Assembly: GCA_963705305.1 (NCBI GenBank)
Contig: OY970067.1
Span: 768,001 to 832,000, forward strand
Direction of reading: 5' to 3'
From: an uncultured Methylomirabilota bacterium
GTDB taxonomy: Bacteria > Methylomirabilota > Methylomirabilia > Methylomirabilales > 2-02-FULL-66-22
Length of the DNA stretch: 64,000 nucleotides
This document shows positions 8,645-18,360 of the stretch, piece after piece. The position numbers and the translations under genes were made by a program. The notes beneath the pieces were generated by a model. It was not told the DNA's origin. It did no database searches and saw only the letters and a program-made list of their open reading frames with translations. How positions within the stretch are numbered: the first letter of the stretch is position 1; each line of letters opens with the position of its first letter.

Positions 8645-8686
8645 CAAGGCAGGGCGGACTTGGTGTCGTTCCTTCTTTATCGATTA

Positions 8687-8777
8687 TTGCATAAGTGATG
8701 GATCATTTGAAGCATAGGTAGGCCAGGCCGGGGCGCCCCGGCCTGGCCCCAATCGGTCGATCACATTACTTATGCAA
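8687..8777. repeat. 91-bp inverted-repeat structure with a perfect 28-bp central palindrome
   Basis: Arms ttgcataagtgatggatc and gatcacattacttatgcaa; centre ggccaggccggggcgccccggcctggcc (8721-8748). Confidence 0.8.
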
Positions 8778-8823
8778 GATTCAGCAACTTCGGCTATCCG
8801 TGCTTGGCGCTGCGCGGTCATCG

Positions 8824-10416
8824 TCATGGGTTCGCCCACATCCGGCCGGCCACCTGAATGAAGCGATCGGCCTCCGCCGGCCCCCAGGTCCCCGCCGGGT
8901 AATAGGTCAACCCCTGGCTCCCCGCCCCCGCCCACGTCTCGAGGATGGGGGTCACCAGCGCCCAGGCTGTCTCCACCTCGTCCCGCCGGATGAACAGGGT
9001 CGAATCCCCCAGCATGCAGTCCAGCAACAGCCGCTCGTACGCCTCGGCCGGGTCCACCCCGAAGGCCTCCCGGTAGGCGAACCCGAGATGGGCGGGGACC
9101 AGCTGGATCCGCGGGCCGGGCGGCTTGAGGCCCACCCGCAGCGAGATGCCCTCGTCGGGCTGGATGCGCAGCGTCAGACGATTGGGCTCCAGCTCGTCTC
9201 CCGGCTTGTGGCCCGGGTGTTCGGCGTGCTGGAACAGGAGCAGCGGCGGCTGCCGGTACTGGATGGTAACCTCCGTCACCTGCTTGGGGAGGCCCTTGCC
9301 CGTCCGGAGGTAGAATGGCACCCCGGCCCAGCGCCAGTTCTCGATCTCCAGCCGCAGCCCGACATACGTCTCCGTCGTCGTGCCATCGGCGACCCGGTCC
9401 TCGTCCGCATACGCCTGGACCCGCTTCCCCCGCAACGTCCCCCGGACGTACTGGCCGCGGATCGCGGCCCGTGCGACATCGGCCGCCGGAATGGGCCGGA
9501 TGGCCCGCAGCACCTTCACCTTCTCGTCCCGCACCGCCTCGGCCCCGAAGGTCGCGGGGGGCTCCATCGCCACCAGGGAGAGCAGCTGCATCATGTGATT
9601 CTGCACCATGTCCCGCGCCGCCCCGGCGGTGTCGTAGTAGCCGCCGCGCCCCTCCACGCCCAGGTCCTCCGCCACCAGCACCTGCACATGGTCGACGTAG
9701 CGCCGGTTCCACAGGGGCTCGAAGATGCTGTTCCCGAACCGGAAGGTGAGGATGTTCTGAACGGTCTCCTTTCCCAGGTAATGGTCGATGCGGTAGACCT
9801 GCCGCTCCTCAAAGACCCGGTGGATCTCCGCGTTCAGCTGCACGGCAGTGGACAGGTCCCGCCCGAACGGCTTCTCGACGATGACCCGGCTCCACCCCTC
9901 GCCGGACCCCGCGCCGCCCCCCTCGGAGGCCTCCCCCGCCCCGGTCACGAGCTTGGCGGCGCCCAGCCGGTCCACGATGGTGGCATAGGCGCCGGGCGGC
10001 GTGGCCAGATAGAACACCCGGTTGCCCCCGGTGCCGAGGTCCCGCTCCAGCTCGTCCAGGCGACCGGCCAGACGCCCGTAGCCCTCGGAGTCCTCGAAGG
10101 TGGAGGAGACGTAGCGGAGCCCCCGCGCCACCCGATCCCAGATGGCGGCATCGACCGGACGAAGCCGCGAAAACTCCTCCAGCGACGCCCGCATCTCCTC
10201 GCGGAAGGCGTCGTCGCTCTTCTCCCGCCGCGCGAATCCGATGACCCCGAACTGCTCGGGCAGCAGGTTATCGTGAGCAAGGGCGTACAGGGCGGGCAGC
10301 AGCTTTCGGCGCGTGAGATCGCCCGACGCCCCAAAGATGACCAGCGTACAGGGCTCGGGCCGCTGGTAGGGCGCCGGCTGAATGGAGACGTCGCTGAGGA
10401 TCGAGGACGATGACAT
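8824..10416 (-). CDS. zwf: Glucose-6-phosphate 1-dehydrogenase
   Basis: IFGASGDLTRRKLLPALY, EKPFG, RIDHYLGKETVQN, RWAGVPFYLRTGK. Confidence 0.98.
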   Translation of the reverse strand: MSSSSILSDVSIQPAPYQRPEPCTLVIFGASGDLTRRKLLPALYALAHDNLLPEQFGVIGFARREKSDDAFREEMRASLEEFSRLRPVDAAIWDRVARGLRYVSSTFEDSEGYGRLAGRLDELERDLGTGGNRVFYLATPPGAYATIVDRLGAAKLVTGAGEASEGGGAGSGEGWSRVIVEKPFGRDLSTAVQLNAEIHRVFEERQVYRIDHYLGKETVQNILTFRFGNSIFEPLWNRRYVDHVQVLVAEDLGVEGRGGYYDTAGAARDMVQNHMMQLLSLVAMEPPATFGAEAVRDEKVKVLRAIRPIPAADVARAAIRGQYVRGTLRGKRVQAYADEDRVADGTTTETYVGLRLEIENWRWAGVPFYLRTGKGLPKQVTEVTIQYRQPPLLLFQHAEHPGHKPGDELEPNRLTLRIQPDEGISLRVGLKPPGPRIQLVPAHLGFAYREAFGVDPAEAYERLLLDCMLGDSTLFIRRDEVETAWALVTPILETWAGAGSQGLTYYPAGTWGPAEADRFIQVAGRMWANP

Positions 10417-10619
10417 GGGTGCCCTCTCGACACCGCCAGCGGTCCGGCCGCGGATCCGTCCCACGAGGCGCGCCGCGGCCGGTAACCGTTGCGGATGTTG
10501 TGGCTCATTCTTACCCACAATCGCCCGTTTCGCAAGGTCGCTTCTCCGGCAGGCCCGGCTGGCGCCGGGGGCCGGCCCTCCCGTCCGGCCGTCGAGGGCG
10601 GCGGGGCGGCCGGTCGACC

Positions 10620-10647
10620 TTGACACGTTTCCGGCTTGCTATATAGT
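10620..10647 (+). promoter_or_regulatory. Sigma70 promoter for dhaKL
   Basis: TTGACA-N16-TATAGT, about 45 bp upstream of the start codon. Confidence 0.6.
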
Positions 10648-10692
10648 TCCGGCTGCCGGACCCCCCACACGAACCCGCAAAGGAGGCTCCCC

Positions 10693-11694
10693 ATGAAGAA
10701 GATCATCAACGACCCCTTCGCCTTCGTGGACGAGATGCTGGAGGGCATTCTCCTGGCGCATCCCGACAAGCTGCGTTTGGTCGGCGCGGACAAGCGTGCC
10801 GTCGTCCGGGCCGACGCGCCGGTGAAGGGGAAGGTGGGAATCGCCACCGGCGGCGGCTCCGGACACCTCCCCGTCTTCATGGGCTACGTGGGGAAGGGGC
10901 TGGTGGACGGCTGCTCCATCGGGAACGTCTTCTCCTCCCCCACCGTGGAGCAGATGCTGGCCGCCACCCGGGCGATCGACGGCGGGGCCGGCGTGCTGTA
11001 CCTGTTCGGCAACTACTCCGGGGACGTCATGAACTTCGGCATGGCCGCCGAGATGGCCGAGGCGGAGGGGATCCACGTGGAGACGGTGCTGGCAGCCGAC
11101 GACGTGGCGTCGGCGCCCAAAGGCCAGGAGGCGCGCCGCCGGGGCGTCGCGGGGATCTTCTACGCGTACAAGCTGGCAGGCGCCAAGGCCGAGACCATGG
11201 CACGCCTCTCCGAGGTGAAGCGCATCGCCGAGAAGGCCGTCGCCTGCACCCGGTCCATGGGCGTGGCTCTCTCCCCCTGCACGGTCCCCGCCGCGGGCCG
11301 GCCCACCTTCACCTTGGGTGACGACGAGATGGAGATCGGGATGGGCATCCACGGCGAGCCCGGCGTGCGGCGGGGCCGGCTGGAGCCGGCCGACCGGATC
11401 ACGGACATGCTCGTGGACGCGATCCTCGCCGACATGGAGCTGAAGCGCGGGGAGGAGGTCTCCGTCCTGGTAAACGGGCTGGGGGCCACGCCCAAGGAAG
11501 AGCTGTACGTGATGTACCGCCGCGTCCACCAGATCCTGGCGGCGCAGGGAATCCGGATCCACCGGCCGTATATCGGCGAGTACGCCACCTCGATGGAGAT
11601 GGCGGGCGCATCCGTGAGCCTGTGCAAGCTGGATGGCGAGCTGAAGACCCTGCTCGACGCCCCGGCGTCCACCCCGTTCGTGGAGCAAGCCTGA
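10693..11694 (+). CDS. dhaK: Dihydroxyacetone kinase-family subunit K
   Basis: MKKIIND, GGGSGHLP, NYSGDVMNF, EIGMGIHGEPG; AGGAGG RBS. Confidence 0.95.
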   Translation: MKKIINDPFAFVDEMLEGILLAHPDKLRLVGADKRAVVRADAPVKGKVGIATGGGSGHLPVFMGYVGKGLVDGCSIGNVFSSPTVEQMLAATRAIDGGAGVLYLFGNYSGDVMNFGMAAEMAEAEGIHVETVLAADDVASAPKGQEARRRGVAGIFYAYKLAGAKAETMARLSEVKRIAEKAVACTRSMGVALSPCTVPAAGRPTFTLGDDEMEIGMGIHGEPGVRRGRLEPADRITDMLVDAILADMELKRGEEVSVLVNGLGATPKEELYVMYRRVHQILAAQGIRIHRPYIGEYATSMEMAGASVSLCKLDGELKTLLDAPASTPFVEQA

Positions 11695-11695
11695 C

Positions 11696-12337
11696 ATGCG
11701 GACGACCATCACGAGCGACGACCTCATCGCGATCCTGGAGAGGATGGCGGACGACTTGGAAGCGGCGAAGGATTTCCTCTGCCAACTGGACGGGGCCGTG
11801 GGGGACGGCGATCAGGGGGTCACCATGGCCATCGGCTTCCGGGCCATCCGGGGTGCCCTGGAGGGCCTGCGGGGCCAGGACATCGGAACGATCGTCACCA
11901 AGAGCGGGCTGACCTTCAACGGGGCTGCCGCCTCGACCATCGGGGCCCTGCTGGCCACGGCCTGCATGCGGGCCGGCCGCGAGGCCAAGGGCCGGCAGGA
12001 GATCGGCCTAGCCGAGGTGGCCAGGATGGCGGAGGCGGCCGAGACAGGGATCCGCGAGCGGGGGAAGGCCGAGGTGGGCGACAAGACCGTGCTGGACATG
12101 CTGGTGCCAACCGTGCGGGCCCTGCGGGCCGCCGCGGACGAGGGGGCGCCGCTCGCCGAGGGGCTGACACGGTCGCTGGCCGCCGCGGAAGACGGGGTGC
12201 AGTCCACCATCCCTCTCAAGTCCAGGATCGGCCGCGCCTCCTGGCTGGCGGATCGCACCGTGGGTCACCAGGATCCGGGCGCTACGTCCTTCTTCCTGAT
12301 GTGGAAATCGGTGGTGACGTACTTGACCGCAGGGTGA
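11696..12337 (+). CDS. dhaL: Dihydroxyacetone kinase-family subunit L
   Basis: LDGAVGDGDQG, GKAEVGDKTVLD, GRAS, DPGATS. Confidence 0.95.
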   Translation: MRTTITSDDLIAILERMADDLEAAKDFLCQLDGAVGDGDQGVTMAIGFRAIRGALEGLRGQDIGTIVTKSGLTFNGAAASTIGALLATACMRAGREAKGRQEIGLAEVARMAEAAETGIRERGKAEVGDKTVLDMLVPTVRALRAAADEGAPLAEGLTRSLAAAEDGVQSTIPLKSRIGRASWLADRTVGHQDPGATSFFLMWKSVVTYLTAG

Positions 12338-12412
12338 GCGGACCGGCTATTCGTGCAGGGAAACGCCGACGGAGACCGATCCTCCGGCCGGGGACGGCCA
12401 GGCGCCGGAGTG

Positions 12413-13609
12413 CTACCGCGGCTTGCGTCGACCCTTGGCCGGCCTCTTCGATTCGGGGGCTCCCGGGGGGGGGCGGTCCTCGGGGTGGAAGACGACGCCG
12501 ATGCCCTGCTGCCCCGTCTCCTCATCCACGGCGGCCCGGACCACCTCCCCGGTGATCGTCGTGCCCCCCTCGGGAGGGTCATCCAGCTTGATCTCGATCT
12601 CGGAAGAGAGGCCGGGGGATTCGGGCGCGACGAGGTAACCCCCCCGCAGAGTCAGGTTGGTGATCACTCCCGCCAACTCCATCTCGGACCCGTCGGCGCG
12701 CCGTCCGCGCAGGCGGACGGGGAGCCGCGTCACCAGGCGGGGACCGGCCCGCGGTCCTCCCATCTCCATCTCGATCACCGGCGTGCGGCAGGTGACCTGG
12801 AGTCCCTCGGCCGCCGCCCAGGTGTTCGGCCACCGCTCCCGGGCCGACTGGAGGAAATGATCAACGGTGGTGTCGTCCGAATCGGGATCGTGATGAAAGA
12901 GGACGAGGCACCGGGCGTCCGCGTCCTGGGCCACCGAGACCGCATGCTCCCACGAGCTGTGGCCCCAGCCTCGCCGCTTGACGAGCAGCTCGGGGGAGAA
13001 GTGGGCGTCATATATCAGGACGTCCGTATGCCGGGCCAGGTGGCGAACCGCCGCGTCTCCGCGGGCGTCCCCCGGCTCGGTATCCGTGGCGTAGGTGGCC
13101 ACCCCGTGCTCGGTCTCGATGCGATACCCCAGTGAGCCCTGGGGGTGGTTCAGCCGGTCCGCCTCGATGGTGGCGTCGCCAAGCTGCCAGCGGTGGCCCT
13201 CCTCGACGACGGTGAAGGACCGGGCCGCCGCCAGGGCCGACAACTCCGTGGGGAAATAGGGGCGGAACATCTGGCCCTGGAGGGCCGATTCGATTCCTTC
13301 GCCCCCTTCCGGGCGCAGGCCGAAGAATTCGAAGTGATTGCGGCCGTCGTACAGCGGCGGGAAGAACGGGAGGCCCTGGATGTGATCCCAGTGGTAATGG
13401 GTCAGCAGCCAGAAGGCGCGGACGGGGTCGGGCGAACCGACCCACCCGGAGGAGCGGTACAGCGAGCGCAGACCCGTCCCCCCATCGAGGATGATCCGGT
13501 GCCCTGCCGGGGTCTCCACTTCAATACAGGATGTGTTCCCCCCGTAGCGCCAGGTTCGCTGGTCGCTGGTGGGAATGGAGCCCCGAACGCCGTGAAACCT
13601 GAGAATCAC
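12413..13609 (-). CDS. MBL-fold metallohydrolase (phosphodiesterase-like) with C-terminal PilZ domain
   Basis: GVRGSIP..YGGNTSC, THYHWDHIQGLPFF, NHP, WGHSSW, LFHHDP; C-terminal RAGPR...NLTLRG fits RxxxR / [DN]x[ST]xxG. Confidence 0.85.
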   Translation of the reverse strand: MILRFHGVRGSIPTSDQRTWRYGGNTSCIEVETPAGHRIILDGGTGLRSLYRSSGWVGSPDPVRAFWLLTHYHWDHIQGLPFFPPLYDGRNHFEFFGLRPEGGEGIESALQGQMFRPYFPTELSALAAARSFTVVEEGHRWQLGDATIEADRLNHPQGSLGYRIETEHGVATYATDTEPGDARGDAAVRHLARHTDVLIYDAHFSPELLVKRRGWGHSSWEHAVSVAQDADARCLVLFHHDPDSDDTTVDHFLQSARERWPNTWAAAEGLQVTCRTPVIEMEMGGPRAGPRLVTRLPVRLRGRRADGSEMELAGVITNLTLRGGYLVAPESPGLSSEIEIKLDDPPEGGTTITGEVVRAAVDEETGQQGIGVVFHPEDRPPPGAPESKRPAKGRRKPR

Positions 13610-13772
13610 GTCTGGGTCTCCCCGCACGAGAGCCTGCAATCCCGGACCCTTCGCCCCGGGCCGGCAGACGGCTTCGCGTGGGCCGCATCCTAGACTATAT
13701 GCGGGGCAGAAATCAAGGGGCAGCCTCACTTTCCGTGACGAAGGAGACCATCCCGGTCCCGGATCGACCCCC

Positions 13773-14714
13773 CTAGCCCACCTTCTTCAGCAGGGCCTTG
13801 GCTGCTTCGGCCACGTGGCGGGGCGTCAGCCCGTACTTCTCCAGCATGGCGTCATTCGGCCCGGATTCCCCGAAGCAATCCTGCAGCCCGTGGATCTTCA
13901 TGGGGGTGGGCAGGTACTCGCCCAGGAGTTCGGCCACCGCCCCGCCCAGGCCGCCAATGATCGTGTGGTCCTCGGTCGTAAGCACCCGGCCGGTCTTTCG
14001 GGCGGCCGCCACAATGCCGTCGACGTCGATGGGCTTGATCGTGTGGACGTGCACCAGGTGGGCGCTGATGCCGTCCCTCGCCAGCAGGTCACAGGCCTCC
14101 AGGGCCCGCACGCTCTGCACGCCGGTCCCGAAGATGGTGACGTCCCTTCCCTCGCGCAGGGTGACGACCTTGCCGAACTGGAACCGGTAGTCATCGCCGA
14201 AGATGACCGGGGTGGCGTCGCGGGTGATGCGCAGGTACGCCGGTCCGGGCATGTCGGTGAGGGCCAAGGTCGCCAGCCGGCATTCCACGCCGTCCGCCGG
14301 CGCCACCACCGCCATGTGGGGCATCGCCCGCATGATGGAGATGTCCTCCACATCGATGTGTGTCTTGCCCGTCTTGCCGGTGAGGATACCGCTGTAGCCG
14401 GCGCCCAGCTTCACGGGAAGGTTCGGCTGGGCCACGCTGATGCGCAGCTGATCCAGGGCCCGGCTCGACAGAAAACAGGCAAACGTGCTCACCCAAGGGA
14501 TCAGGCCGACGGTGGCCATCCCGGCCGCTACCCCCATCAGGTTCTGCTCGGCGATCCCCATGTTCATGTAAAAATCAGGGGCGTTGTAGGCCACGGTCTG
14601 CGCCATGGTGGAGCTGCCCAGATCCCCGTCCAAGACCATCAGATTGGGGTGGGTCTTGGTCAACCCCAGCAGCGCATCGCCCCAAGCTGCCCGCATTTCG
14701 GCCATCTTCCCCAT
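13773..14714 (-). CDS. Transketolase, C-terminal (pyrimidine-binding) subunit
   Basis: NMGIAEQNLMGVAAG, TIKPID, EDHTIIGGLG. Confidence 0.95.
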   Translation of the reverse strand: MGKMAEMRAAWGDALLGLTKTHPNLMVLDGDLGSSTMAQTVAYNAPDFYMNMGIAEQNLMGVAAGMATVGLIPWVSTFACFLSSRALDQLRISVAQPNLPVKLGAGYSGILTGKTGKTHIDVEDISIMRAMPHMAVVAPADGVECRLATLALTDMPGPAYLRITRDATPVIFGDDYRFQFGKVVTLREGRDVTIFGTGVQSVRALEACDLLARDGISAHLVHVHTIKPIDVDGIVAAARKTGRVLTTEDHTIIGGLGGAVAELLGEYLPTPMKIHGLQDCFGESGPNDAMLEKYGLTPRHVAEAAKALLKKVG

Positions 14715-14787
14715 CAGTTTCCTCCATCGCCTCGGCCGGCAGGCCCGACGGCCCGCCAGGTGGACAGGGGTTGAAACGCGCCGGGCC

Positions 14788-15645
14788 CTACCGCGGTCGC
14801 TGCGCCTCCAGCTCGGCGTAGGCGCGGGTCAGGTCGTCCTTGCTGGGCACCTTGGCGTGCCAGTTGTAGTCCCCCTCCATGAAGGAAATCCCTTTTCCTT
14901 TCACGGTATGGGCAACGATGCAAGTGGGGCGGCCCCGGGTGGCCTTGGCCTCTTCCATCGCGGCGATCAGGGCATCGAAATCGTGCCCGTCGCACTCCAG
15001 GACATGCCAGCCGAAGGCGCGCCACTTGTCGGCCACCTGCGTCAACGGATTCACGCGGTGCCGGAGGTTCCCGTCCTTCGGAAACCCGAACTGCTGGACT
15101 TTGTTGTAGTCCACGATGGCCGTCAGGTTGTCCACCTTGTAGTAGGCGGCGACCCAGGCCATCTCCCACACCTGTCCCTCCTCGATCTCCCCGTCCCCCA
15201 AGAGGACCCAGGTGTGAAAGTCCTTCCCCAGGCGCTTGGCGGCCAGAGCCATGCCGAGCGGGGGGCTGGCGCCGGTCCCCAGGGAGCCCGAGGCCATATC
15301 GATTCCGGGCGTCTTGGTCATGTCGGGGTGTCCCTGCATGCGCGAGTTGATGGCGTCGTAGGTATTGACCTCTTCCGGCGGGAAGAAGCCTTTGAGGGCG
15401 AGCACGGCATACAGCGCCACACAGGAGTGGCCCTTGGAGAGCACGAACCGATCCCGCTCCGGCCACTGGGGGATCTTGGGATCGACCCGCAGCATCTTGA
15501 AGTAGAGGGCGATGGCGATCTCCACCATGGACAGAGGGCCGCCGACGTGGCCGGCCCCGGCGGTGTGCACGGCCTCCAGGATCATTTTGCGAGCCCGGAC
15601 CGCCTTCTCTTGCAGGTCCCGTTTGAACGCCGCATCAATGGGCAT
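14788..15645 (-). CDS. Transketolase, N-terminal (TPP-binding) subunit
   Basis: GHVGGPLS, DRFVLSKGH, QGHP, GSLG, GDGEIEEG..WE, HTVKGKG. Confidence 0.95.
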   Translation of the reverse strand: MPIDAAFKRDLQEKAVRARKMILEAVHTAGAGHVGGPLSMVEIAIALYFKMLRVDPKIPQWPERDRFVLSKGHSCVALYAVLALKGFFPPEEVNTYDAINSRMQGHPDMTKTPGIDMASGSLGTGASPPLGMALAAKRLGKDFHTWVLLGDGEIEEGQVWEMAWVAAYYKVDNLTAIVDYNKVQQFGFPKDGNLRHRVNPLTQVADKWRAFGWHVLECDGHDFDALIAAMEEAKATRGRPTCIVAHTVKGKGISFMEGDYNWHAKVPSKDDLTRAYAELEAQRPR

Positions 15646-15727
15646 GAATCCCTCCTTCGACTGTGATGGACACAGGCCGGATGATTGTGCCGCCCATGCC
15701 TCCCCGCCCCCGGTCGGGCGAGCGGCC

Positions 15728-16609
15728 TCAGACGCCAAAGGCATTCCGCACGTAACACCGGTTGATCTGGGCGGCCAAGAGCGGCGGCAGCGGCGACGTG
15801 TCCTCCTCGATCACCATCCATCCGGAGAACTCTACAGCCTGCAGGACCTCCATGAACCGCCGCAGATCTACGCAGCCCCGACCCAGCGGGCAGAAGATGT
15901 AGGACTTCAATGCGCCCAGGAACCCGAGGCCGTTCTGCCGGGACCGGGCCAGGATCGCCGGGTTCACGTCCTTGATGTGGACGTACCACACCCGCGGACC
16001 GTAGGTCTGCACCACCTCCACCGGGTCGCCGCCGCCGTACACCAGGTGCCCGGCGTCCACGCACAGGCCCAGATCCCGGGGGTCCGTGATGCGCAAAAGG
16101 GTCTCCAGCTCGTCCCGGGTTTCGACGAAGGATCCGGCATGAGGATGCACCGCCACGCGGACGCCCAGCGGCTCGCAGCGCTTCGCCAGGACGTGAATTC
16201 CGTCACCCAGGATGCCCCACTGCCGGTCCGTCAGGCCCGCGCTCCCGTCCGTGGGCACATGCCCCGCCACCGCCATGCGCCGGGGGGTGCCGCGGATCCC
16301 CAGGATCAATTCGCACACTTCCATGGCCGAGAGCGTGCGGGCAATGCCCAGGGCCCGCTCGATCTCCGCGGGCTGCTGGTCGCGCTCTTCCAGCGATACC
16401 CAGCAGAACATCGAGGCCAGCGCCAGCCCGTGCGGCGCCAGCAGGGCCCGCAGGGCCCGGGGGTCGGACGGAAGGCCGGTGCCGTACTCGGTCCCCTCGT
16501 ACCCGGCCAGGGCCATCTCCTCCACCACCTGCTCGATCGGGACCGTCGGGCGGAGGTCGGGAAGGTCATCGCTGTTCCAGTTCATGGGTGCCGTTGCCAC
16601 TCGGATCAT
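15728..16609 (-). CDS. Sugar phosphate isomerase/epimerase TIM barrel, IolE (inosose dehydratase)-like
   Basis: APMNWNSDDLP, GYEGTE, HPHAGSFVE, DAGH, HIKD, FCPLGRG, WMVIEED. Confidence 0.85.
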   Translation of the reverse strand: MIRVATAPMNWNSDDLPDLRPTVPIEQVVEEMALAGYEGTEYGTGLPSDPRALRALLAPHGLALASMFCWVSLEERDQQPAEIERALGIARTLSAMEVCELILGIRGTPRRMAVAGHVPTDGSAGLTDRQWGILGDGIHVLAKRCEPLGVRVAVHPHAGSFVETRDELETLLRITDPRDLGLCVDAGHLVYGGGDPVEVVQTYGPRVWYVHIKDVNPAILARSRQNGLGFLGALKSYIFCPLGRGCVDLRRFMEVLQAVEFSGWMVIEEDTSPLPPLLAAQINRCYVRNAFGV

Positions 16610-16811
16610 GCCGCGCTCTCCGCAGCGCCGTCCCCAAAGAGGGAAACGGCGAGGAAATATACACTAGCCGATGTATCTCGCCCGCGCAAGGCCGGCCTTG
16701 TCCGTCGGCGAGCCCCTGGCGAGGCCCCCTGCAAGCCCCCCGTCCCGGCTCGACCGAGCGCCCCCGCCGCCGGATTCCCCGCCTGGAGGAATCGGGCTTG
16801 CTTGGAAGGGC

Positions 16812-16825
16812 TGTTAGCGCTAACG
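16812..16825. promoter_or_regulatory. LacI-family-type operator between the divergent iolE-like and iolM genes
   Basis: Perfect palindrome GTTAGCGCTAAC with central CG. Confidence 0.65.
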
Positions 16826-17002
16826 TTACTCTATCTGAACAAGGTGGCGGGGTCCAGAGGTGGGCCTTGACAGGGGCGGCCCCCCGCACCGAGAGTAATG
16901 CTGTTGGGCGCCGGGCCGGGGGTCGAAAAGGAGGAGTGGAACCGCCGAGCTGGGGCGTGGGGTGAATCAGGTCTCGGTGTACAGGGACGGAGGAGGTGTC
17001 CA

Positions 17003-18175
17003 ATGCGTGGGCTGCTGCTGGAGGCAAAGTGGGACCCCAAGCCAGGGTATCAGGTGAGTGAGTTCGAGAAGCGCACCGGGAAGGCCGTCACCGGCAACAG
17101 CGTCTATAAGGCGCCCAGCTTGGTGGTGCGCGAGGTCCCGGTCCCCAAGATCGGCCCGAAGGACGTGCTGCTCAAGGTGAAGGCCTGCGGGGTATGCGGG
17201 TCGGACATTCACATGTATGAGACGGATGCCCAGGGCTACGTCATGTACCCGGGACTGATGAAGCTCCCCTGCATCACCGGGCATGAATTCTCGGGCGTCG
17301 TCCAGGAGGTGGGGAAGGAGGTTCGCGACCTCAAGCCCGGCGACGTGGTCACGGCCGAGGAGATGATCTGGTGCGGCGAGTGCAAGCCGTGCCGCGGCGG
17401 CTTCGTCAACCAGTGTGTGAACCTCGAGGAGATCGGCTTCACCATCGACGGGGCCTTTGCCGAGTACATCGCCCTCGGGAGCAAGTACTGCTGGAAGCTG
17501 GACGCGATCGCCGAGCGGTATCCCGACCCCGAGACGGTCTACGAGCTGGGAGCCACCGTCGAGCCCACCAGCGTCGCCTACAATGCGGTCTTCGTCCGCG
17601 GGGGCGGGTTCAAGCCGGGCGCCTACGTCGTCGTCTACGGCGGCGGCTGCATCGGCCTGACCGCCATCGCCATGGTCAAGGCCGCCGGGGCCGCCAAGGT
17701 CATCGTCTTCGAGACGGTGGCGGAGCGGCGCACCCTCTGCACCGCCATGGGGGCCGATCACGTCTTCGATCCGGTGGGGCTGACCAAGCAGGGCACCCGG
17801 CCGTCGGACGTCGTCCTGGACCTCACGCACGGCGAGGGGGCCGATTTCCAGCTGGAGGCGGCGGGCGCCCCGCTCCACACCTTCCCCGAGATGGAGCGGG
17901 TCCTGGCGGTGAACGGGAAGATCGCCCAGGTCGGGCGGGCGGCCGACCGGGTGCCGGTCTACCTGGATCAGTTCCAGGTCCGCCACGCGCAGCTTTTCGG
18001 GTCGCAGGGGCACTCCGGCGACGACATCTTCCCCAACGTCATCCGACTCATGGCCAGCGGGGCCGTGGATAACCGGAAGATCATCACGGCCCGCTTCCGC
18101 CTGGACCAGGTTGTGGAGGCCATCAAGCGGTCGGGCAGCCGGACCGACGGCAAGATCCTCATCAAGCCGAATTAA
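17003..18175 (+). CDS. iolM: scyllo-inosose 3-dehydrogenase (Zn-dependent MDR)
   Basis: Characteristic N-terminus (EAKWDPKPGY), CGVCGSD, YPGL, GHEFSG, structural Zn cysteines, GSQGHSG; directly upstream of iolN. Confidence 0.85.
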   Translation: MRGLLLEAKWDPKPGYQVSEFEKRTGKAVTGNSVYKAPSLVVREVPVPKIGPKDVLLKVKACGVCGSDIHMYETDAQGYVMYPGLMKLPCITGHEFSGVVQEVGKEVRDLKPGDVVTAEEMIWCGECKPCRGGFVNQCVNLEEIGFTIDGAFAEYIALGSKYCWKLDAIAERYPDPETVYELGATVEPTSVAYNAVFVRGGGFKPGAYVVVYGGGCIGLTAIAMVKAAGAAKVIVFETVAERRTLCTAMGADHVFDPVGLTKQGTRPSDVVLDLTHGEGADFQLEAAGAPLHTFPEMERVLAVNGKIAQVGRAADRVPVYLDQFQVRHAQLFGSQGHSGDDIFPNVIRLMASGAVDNRKIITARFRLDQVVEAIKRSGSRTDGKILIKPN

Positions 18176-18194
18176 CCGTGATTCGAAAGAACTG

Positions 18195-18272
18195 TTGAAC
18201 CGCCATGATGCCAAGGCAGCCCCTTTCAACTTCGAAATTCGAATTTTTTTCCTTGGCGCCTTGGCGGTGAGA
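18195..18272 (+). repeat. ACCGCC-ended small element, compact copy
   Basis: ttgaaccgcc...ccaagg...aacttcgaaattcgaatt...ccttggcgccttggcggtgaga. Confidence 0.75.
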
Positions 18273-18360
18273 GTTCTTTGGATTGGGGCCAACCATCCGC
18301 ATCGCCGCAGCCGGCCCGCCACACGTGGCAGCTCCGGACCGCGGAGGAGGAAGAATCGCC

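Noticed and set aside
8681..8712. Chromosomal dif site
   Set aside because: Only a GCATAA half-site is present; there is no TTATGTTAAA-like arm after a 6-bp spacer.
12413..13609. Metallo-beta-lactamase antibiotic resistance gene
   Set aside because: No signal peptide; the motifs match the RNase Z/phosphodiesterase-like MBL branch.
16900..16990. ggaac..ggggtgaatc suggesting a c-di-AMP (ydaO) riboswitch
   Set aside because: The 5' GCTGAA and 3' CCCGTCAGCTAAC elements are missing, and the gene context does not fit.
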